A DNA stretch of 40,816 nt from Paramoeba atlantica. Its lineage: Eukaryota; Protista; Discosea. The notes under the pieces are model-generated. The model saw only the letters and a program-made list of their open reading frames with translations, searched no databases and was not told the origin of the DNA. The stretch spans positions 1 through 40,816 of the forward strand of contig CDRNVI010000227.1 of assembly GCA_977017575.1 (NCBI GenBank), written 5' to 3'. A program made the translations under genes and the position numbers. This document shows, piece by piece, positions 33,644-40,816 of this stretch; position 1 is the stretch's first letter, and every line of letters begins with the position of its first letter.

Positions 33644-33964
33644 ATGTTTAATATCTTAATTCCTTTTGAAACATTTATACCTATTTTAAGTTTTAGTTTA
33701 TTTATTATAGGTATAGCGGGTATTTTTATTACACGTAGAAATATAATAATAATAATAATGTCTATAGAGTTAATTTTAGCATCTGTAAATTTATTATTTA
33801 TTTTTTTATCAATATATTTAGATGATATATATGGTCAGATATTTGCTTTATATATATTAACTATAGCAGCTTCTGAATCAGCTATTGGTTTAGGATTAAT
33901 AGTTATTTATTATAGATTAAGAGGTATTATATCTATAGATTATATTAGTACTATAAAAGGTTAA
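33644..33964 (+). CDS. nad4L: NADH dehydrogenase subunit 4L
   Basis: RRNIIIIIMSIELIL, GQIFALYILTIAASESAIGL and YYRLRG motifs. Confidence 0.95.
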   Translation: MFNILIPFETFIPILSFSLFIIGIAGIFITRRNIIIIIMSIELILASVNLLFIFLSIYLDDIYGQIFALYILTIAASESAIGLGLIVIYYRLRGIISIDYISTIKG

Positions 33965-33983
33965 ATTTTTTTATATACTTTTT

Positions 33984-36001
33984 ATGTATTTATTAGTATT
34001 ATATTTACCATTAATAAGTTTTTTAATTATAAGTTTTTTTGGGCGTTTATTAGGAAATAAAGGTAGTTTTATAATTGCGAATTTTAATATGTTATTAACA
34101 GTGTTGTTATCATATTATATTTTTTATGAAACTGTATTAAAAGGTTCTGTATGTTTTTTAAAATTATTTTCATGATTTAATATAGGTTTATTTAATGTAA
34201 CATGAGGATTTATTTTCGATCCTGTAACAGGTGTTATGTTAATTGTAGTAAATACAATATCTTTATTAGTTCATTTTTATTCAATAGGTTATATGTATAA
34301 TGATCCTTTTTCTTCTCGATTTGTATCTTATTTATCATTATTTACATGATTTATGTTAATGTTAGTTACAGCTGATAATATATTACAATTATTTTTAGGT
34401 TGAGAAGGTGTTGGTTTAGTATCTTATTTATTAATTAATTTTGATTTACAATAGCAGATGCAAACAAAGCTGCAATTAAAGCTATTATTATGAATAGAAT
34501 AGGTGACATTGGAGTTGGTTTAGGTATATGTTTAATATATTTAGAATATAAAACATTAAATTTTAGTATAATATTCGCAATAAGTGATATGTGTCAATTT
34601 GATTATATTTATTTTATAAATAATTATTTTAATACAATAACTTTGATAACTATTTTTATATTAATTGGAGCTATGGGAAAATCTGCACAATTAGGTTTAC
34701 ATACTTGATTACCGGATGCTATGGCTGGTCCAACACCAGTTTCTGCTCTTATACATGCAGCAACAATGGTTACAGCTGGAGTATTTATTTTAATAAGATT
34801 ATCACCAATGGTTGAATATTCAGCTATTGGTTTATGAATTATAACTTTAGTTGGTGTTTTAACTAGTTTTTTTGCAGCAACTATAGGTTTATTTCAAAAT
34901 GATATAAAAAAGGTTATAGCATATTCAACTTGTAGTCAATTAGGTTATATGGTGTTTATATGTGGGTTATCAAATTATTCACTAAGTTTATTTCATTTAA
35001 CTAATCATGCTTTTTTTAAAGCATTATTATTTTTAAGTGCGGGGGCTATTATACATGCTTTATCTGATGAACAAGATATAAGAAAATATGGAGGGTTAAT
35101 TAAATTATTACCTTATAGTTATATTATGATGTTAATAGGTTCTTTAGCATTAATGGGTATACCTTTTTTAACAGGGTTTTATTCTAAAGATGTTATAATT
35201 GAAATTACTTATATATCATATATAATAGATAGTTCTTTTATTTATTGATTAAGTGTTATAGCAGCTTTGTTTACATCATTATATAGTATTAGGTTATTAG
35301 TATATGTTTTTATAACATCACCTAATGGTTATAGAAAAATGTTTGAATTAATACATGAATCTAATATTTTTATGTCTTTACCTTTATTTATATTAGCTTT
35401 AAATAGTATATTTTTTGGTTATATTAATAAAGATTTATTTATAGGATTAGGTAATGATACTTGATTAAATTGATTAAATATAATTTCAACTAGAAATATT
35501 TTAATTTTAGAATCAGAATTTTTACCTTGATATATAAAAAATATTCCTTTTTTTTTTAGTATGTCTGGTATAATAATTATTTTTTTAATAAATTATTATT
35601 ATACTTATTTATATAAAGTTTTAAGAAGTAATAATTATTTATATTTTAAAAGATATAATAATATTGCAAGTTTTTTTTCTTATAAATGGTATGTGGATAC
35701 TATTTATAATAAAATAATTTTAGGAGGTTTTATTAAATTATCCTATATAGTATTTAAAAATATTGATAGAGGTATTATAGAATTAATAGGGCCTTTAGGT
35801 TTAGTTAGATTATGAAATTCTTTAAGTATTAATTATAAATATTTTTTCCCAACAGGTTATATTTTTAATTATTTGTTCTTATTTATTATTTCATCTGTTA
35901 GTTTAATTATATTCTATATATTACCTATAAATAATTTAAATAGTGAATTATTATTTATATTAATTGCTATAATTTTAATAAATAAATATAAAAATAAGTA
36001 A
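33984..36001 (+). CDS. nad5: NADH dehydrogenase subunit 5; one T missing near 34440
   Basis: [55 protein letters not shown] and GFYSKD motifs. Confidence 0.96.
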
Positions 36002-36018
36002 AATTTTTTTTAAAACAT

Positions 36019-36606
36019 ATGGATCAAAATTTATTTTATATATTTTTTTTTATAATAAGTATTGTATCGGCTATTTTAGTAATAATTTCTAAAAATCCTT
36101 TACATTCTATTATTTATTTAATATTAGTTTTTTGTAATATAGTTTTTATATTATTATTGTTGGAGTTGGAATTTATGTCTATGGTGTTTTTAATAGTTTA
36201 TATAGGTGCAATAGCAGTATTATTTTTATTTATTATTTATATGTTAAATATAAAAGTTATAGAATTGAATGAATTAAATATAAAATATTTGATAGGTATT
36301 ATATTATTAACTTTATTAATAATATTTTTAATTTATTTATATTATATACCGATTAATGTAATTTTTAATATAGATTCCTCAAACAATAATAATTATATAA
36401 ATTATTATAATATTTTATATAATATATCAAATTTAAATTTGATATCTTTAATATTATACGATAAGCATTATATATTATTTATAATACTTAGTCTTATATT
36501 ATTATTAGCTATGATTGGTGTTATTATATTAACATGTAAAAGAACATATTATCTAAAAGAACAGGTAATTTTTGAACAAAATAAAAGGTTTATAAAGAAT
36601 CCATAA
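36019..36606 (+). CDS. nad6: NADH dehydrogenase subunit 6
   Basis: [34 protein letters not shown] and [12 protein letters not shown] motifs. Confidence 0.95.
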   Translation: MDQNLFYIFFFIISIVSAILVIISKNPLHSIIYLILVFCNIVFILLLLELEFMSMVFLIVYIGAIAVLFLFIIYMLNIKVIELNELNIKYLIGIILLTLLIIFLIYLYYIPINVIFNIDSSNNNNYINYYNILYNISNLNLISLILYDKHYILFIILSLILLLAMIGVIILTCKRTYYLKEQVIFEQNKRFIKNP

Positions 36607-36607
36607 A

Positions 36608-38638
36608 ATGAATAATTATAAAATAAATAATATTGCAGTTAAAGATAATAATATGAAAACTATATTACAATTATGTAATATGATTAATATAGATATACCA
36701 AAATTTTGTTATCATGAACAATTATCTATAGCAGGTAATTGTAGAATGTGTTTAGTTGAAGTAAAAGGAGCTATAAAACCTATAGCTTCTTGTGCATCCC
36801 CTTTAAATAATAATATGCATATATTAACTAATACTAAATTAGTTAAAAAGGCTAGAGAAGGTGTTTTAGAATTTTTATTATTAAATCATCCATTAGATTG
36901 TCCTATTTGTGATCAAGGAGGTGAATGTGATTTACAAGATCAATCATTAATTTTTGGTAATGATAGAGGTAGATTTTATGAAAATAAAAGATCTGTTAAT
37001 GATAAAGATTGTGGACCTTTAATAAAAACTATTATGACAAGATGTATTCATTGTACTAGATGTATACGTTTTATAGATGAGTTTATTGGTTATAAATATT
37101 TTGGTTTGATAGGTCGAGGACAAAATATAGAAATAAGTAATTTTTTATCAAAAAATATTAATTCGGAATTATCTGGTAATTTAATTGATTTATGCCCTGT
37201 AGGTGCTTTAACTTCTAAACCTTATTCATTCATTTCTAGACCTTGAGAACTTATTTCTTGAAATACTATAGATATTAATGATTTATTACATATAAATATT
37301 AGAATAGATATTAGAGATAGTGAAATATTAAGAGTTTTACCTTTATTTAATGATTATATACATGAGATCTGAATCTCAGATCTAACTCGTTTTTCTTATG
37401 ATAATCAAAAGAATAATCGAATAATTAATCCTTTAAAAAAGGAAGGTGCAAATAAATTTATTATATATAGTTGAGAAAAAGTATTAAATTTAATATTAAA
37501 AAAATGTTTAAATAGTAATTTACATTTTTTAATAGGTGATAATATAGATAGTGAAACTGCTTTAGTAATAAAAAAAGGAAAAAATTATTTTAATAATCAT
37601 GAATTTACTATTAATTATAAAAAATTAACTAGGAATTCAAATAATCGTAAAAATTATATTTTAGATTATAATATATATAAAGAATTAAATGAATTTAAAA
37701 ATATTATATTAATTAATATAAATATTAGATTAGAATATCCTTTATTAAATATAAAGTTAAAACGATTTAAAGATTTAAAATTATTAAATATTTATAATAT
37801 AGGGACCTCTTATAATCAAAATTATAAAAATATAAATTATTCATCTAATTTATTAGAAGTAAAAAAATTTATAGAGGGAAAATCTTTATTAAATAATATT
37901 GTATTAAAAGCATCTAAAAATTTAATTTTATTAAATGATAATACTTTATTTAATTTTTTAATTACAACATTGAAAAATTTAAATTTAGAATCAAGTATTA
38001 ATATAGGGTTTTTAAATAATTTAAATATAAATATTATAGCTAATGAATTAAATTTATTTAATTCATTAGTAAAATTTAATGATTATAGTTTTAAAAAAAT
38101 GATTTATAAAGAAAATAATATTTTATATAATTTAAATAATTATAATTATAATTATTTAAATTATAATTGTGATTATAATATTTTTCAAGGTTGTTATTTA
38201 CCTATATTAAAAGAAATTAATAATTATGATTTATTATTACCATCAATAACTCATTATGAAAAAAAAAGTTTATTTATAAATATATTTGGTTATTGTCAAT
38301 CGACAAAATTTATTTTATTTCCGCCGAAGAATGCAAGAAATGATTGAAAAATATTATATATATTATTTAAAACAATTATTAGTGATGAAAAGATTATGAA
38401 ATTATCTTTTAGTAATATTAGATTATTATTAAGTTCTTATAATATAAATATAAATACTATATTAAATATATATAATAATAATGAAATATCAAATTATAAA
38501 AATATTATGGTTTTGAAAAATAAAAATTTATATAAAAATATGACTAATATATATTCTAATAATAAATTTTTACAATCATCAAAAATTTTAAACAGTTGTT
38601 TAATTAATTCTAAAAAAATATATAATAATTTTCATTAA
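36608..38638 (+). CDS. nad11: NADH dehydrogenase subunit 11 (75-kDa subunit, NuoG homologue), full length 676 aa
   Basis: Fe-S motifs PKFCYH...GNCRMC...[15 protein letters not shown] and CIHCTRC...CPVGAL. The track ORFs at 36608, 37970 and 38396 are in one frame, separated only by TGA codons. Confidence 0.95.
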
Positions 38639-38651
38639 AAGATTTTAAAAT

Positions 38652-39638
38652 ATGAATTTTTTGTTAACTTTAATTATAACAATATTAAAATATTTAATTT
38701 TAATAGTACCTGTATTAGTAACTGTAGCTATTTTTACAGTTTTTGAAAGAAAAGTTATGGGTTATATACAACGAAGACAAGGTCCTATAAAAGTAGGTTT
38801 TTTAGGTATTTTGCAACCTTTTGCCGATGGTTTAAAATTAATGATAAAAGAACCTGTTATACCGGTAAATTCAAATTATTTAATGTATATAGCAGCTCCA
38901 ATATTAACATTATTATTAAGTTTAATAAATTGAATATTAATACCTTTTGATGAAAATGTAGTAATATCTAATATTAATATAGGAGTTTTGTTTATTTTGG
39001 GTATTTCTTCTTTAAGTGTATATGGTGTTATTATAGCTGGTTGAGCTAGTAATTCAAAATATGCATTTTTAGGTGCTCTTAGATCTGCTGCACAAATGAT
39101 ATCTTATGAAGTATCTATAGGTATAATATTAATAACTCTTCTAATAGGTGTAGGTTCTTTAAATTTAAGTAATATAGTATTAGCTCAAGAGGATATTTGA
39201 TTTATTATACCATTTTTTCCTTTATTTTTATTATTTTTTATATCTTCTGTTGCAGAAACTAATAGACACCCTTTTGATTTACCTGAGGCAGAAGCAGAAT
39301 TAGTTTCTGGTTATAATGTAGAATATTCATCAGTAGGATTTGCTTTTTTTTTTATCGGTGAATATGCTAATATTATATTAATGAGTGCATTAAATGTAAT
39401 TTTATTTTTAGGAGGTTGATTACCACCTTTTAATTTTAATTTTTTTTTACCGCCTATAGTATGATTTACAATAAAAATTGTTTTAATGATATTTTTATTT
39501 ATAGTAATAAGAGCCATGTTACCTAGATATAGATATGATCAATTAATGATATTAGGTTGAAAAGTATTTTTACCGTTATCATTAGGTTTATTAGTTTTCT
39601 ATGCAGGTATAATGATTGGTTTTGATTTTTTACCTTAA
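38652..39638 (+). CDS. nad1: NADH dehydrogenase subunit 1, 328 aa
   Basis: [52 protein letters not shown] and PRYRYDQL motifs. Confidence 0.97.
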
Positions 39639-39671
39639 TTTTTTAGAATAATAAAATATAAAAAATTTTGA

Positions 39672-40816
39672 ATGTTATTAAAAATTTTACTTTTTTTACC
39701 ATTATTTTTTGCGTTTATTTTAAGTTTAATACCTAAGAAAAAAATTATATTATTAAAACAATTATCTTTATTATTTAGTATAATAATTTTTTTTTATTGT
39801 ATTAAATTATTAGGTAATTTTAATATATATTATTCGTATATTCAATTTCAATCAAGTATTAGTTATTATCCTGGTATGGATTTTAGTATAGGTATAGATG
39901 GTATTTCTATTTTTTTTATATTATTAATGAGTTTACTTTTACCTATTTCGTTATTAGTAAATTGAGAAAGTGTGAAATATCGTAATAAAGATTTTACTAT
40001 TACTTTATTTATATTAGAATTTTTAGTTTTTTGTATTTTTTGTTGTTTAGATATATTTTTTTTTTATATATTTTTTGAAGGTGTTTTAATACCTATGTTT
40101 TTTATTATAGGTATATGAGGTTCAAGACAACGAAAAATTCATGCTGTTTATCAATTTTTTTTATATACTTTTTTTGGATCAATATTTATGTTAGTATCTT
40201 TTTTAATAATTTACTTACATGTAGGTTCTACAAATTGAAATATAATTAAATATATTGAATTTTCTGATCAACGACAATTAATATTATGATTAGGTTTTTT
40301 TATAGCATTTGCTATAAAAGTACCAATGATACCTTTTCATATATGATTACCAGAAGCTCATGTCGAAGCACCTACAACAGGTTCTATCTTATTAGCTGGT
40401 ATTTTATTAAAATTAGGTACTTATGGTTTTTTAAGATTTTTATTACCTTTATTTCCTTATGGAATGAAATTTTTTTCACCTTTAGTTATAGTTATTTGTA
40501 TAATTAGTGTTATATACGGTTCGTTAGTAACAATTAGACAAATAGATTTGAAAAAAATAATAGCATATTCATCTGTTGTACATATGAATTTTGCAATAAT
40601 AGGTTTATTTGCTAATAATTTAGAAGGTTTACAAGGTAGTTTATTCTTAATGATTAGTCATGGTATAATATCAAGTTCTTTATTTTTTTGCATAGGTGTT
40701 TTATATGATCGTTATCATAGTCGTATATTATATTATTATGGAGGTTTAGTACAAGTTATGCCTATATTTGCTGTAATATTTATGATTTTTTCTTTAAGTA
40801 ATATGGGCTTCCCTGG
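39672..40816 (+). CDS. nad4: NADH dehydrogenase subunit 4 (runs off the window end)
   Basis: GIDGIS, FEGVLIPM, KVPMIPFHIWLPEAHVEAPT, LLKLGTYG, AYSSVVHM, MISHG and LYDRYH motifs. Confidence 0.97.

Noticed and set aside
30841-36001. Insertional RNA editing or programmed frameshifting in the mitochondrial genes
   Set aside because: The few breaks (cob near 31105, the ORF near 32070, nad5 near 34440) are all in T homopolymers, while atp6, nad6, nad11, nad1 and nad4 run uninterrupted for kilobases. Myxomycete-type editing would break frames much more often.
28558-40507. Many short split ORFs in the supplied track (fragmented nad5, nad11, atp6, nad1, nad4)
   Set aside because: An artefact of translating with TGA as stop. 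The fragments are in frame and TGA falls at conserved Trp positions, so selenocysteine or readthrough is not needed either.

Overview
The window has two unrelated halves joined abruptly at about 26,920. Bases 1-26,919 are a moderately AT-rich gammaproteobacterial chromosome segment whose content suggests a Legionellales/Coxiellaceae-like, possibly intracellular organism (inference). It carries leuS, ybeL, a GNAT, mpg, yhhQ-tgt, a GT39/GT2/GtrA/YdjC surface-modification cassette behind tRNA-Phe, yggX-mutY-asmA behind tRNA-Gly, trmB, a phosphodiester glycosidase, mrdA-rodA-mltB, a Sel1-like protein with a GGA-rich leader, an EamA transporter, lnt, spmAB, corC, ybeY and a 5'-truncated phoH. Bases 26,912-40,816 are an extremely AT-rich, single-stranded-coding, intronless protist-type mitochondrial genome read with TGA=Trp: an unassigned ~1,100-codon ORF, atp8, cob, an atp4-like ORF, nad3, atp6, nad4L, nad5, nad6, full-length nad11, nad1 and partial nad4. 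Both halves carry many 1-2 nt indels, including five in the essential leuS, which points to unpolished long-read sequence rather than pseudogenes. The join is most likely a read or assembly chimera, possibly of a symbiont and its host. The best biological leads are a predicted lipid A hexosamine-modification cassette, a Chlamydia-like queuine-salvage pair, a CsrA-type leader on the Sel1-like gene, a 31-bp dispersed intergenic repeat, and a reading-frame-independent purine 12-mer in the giant mitochondrial ORF.
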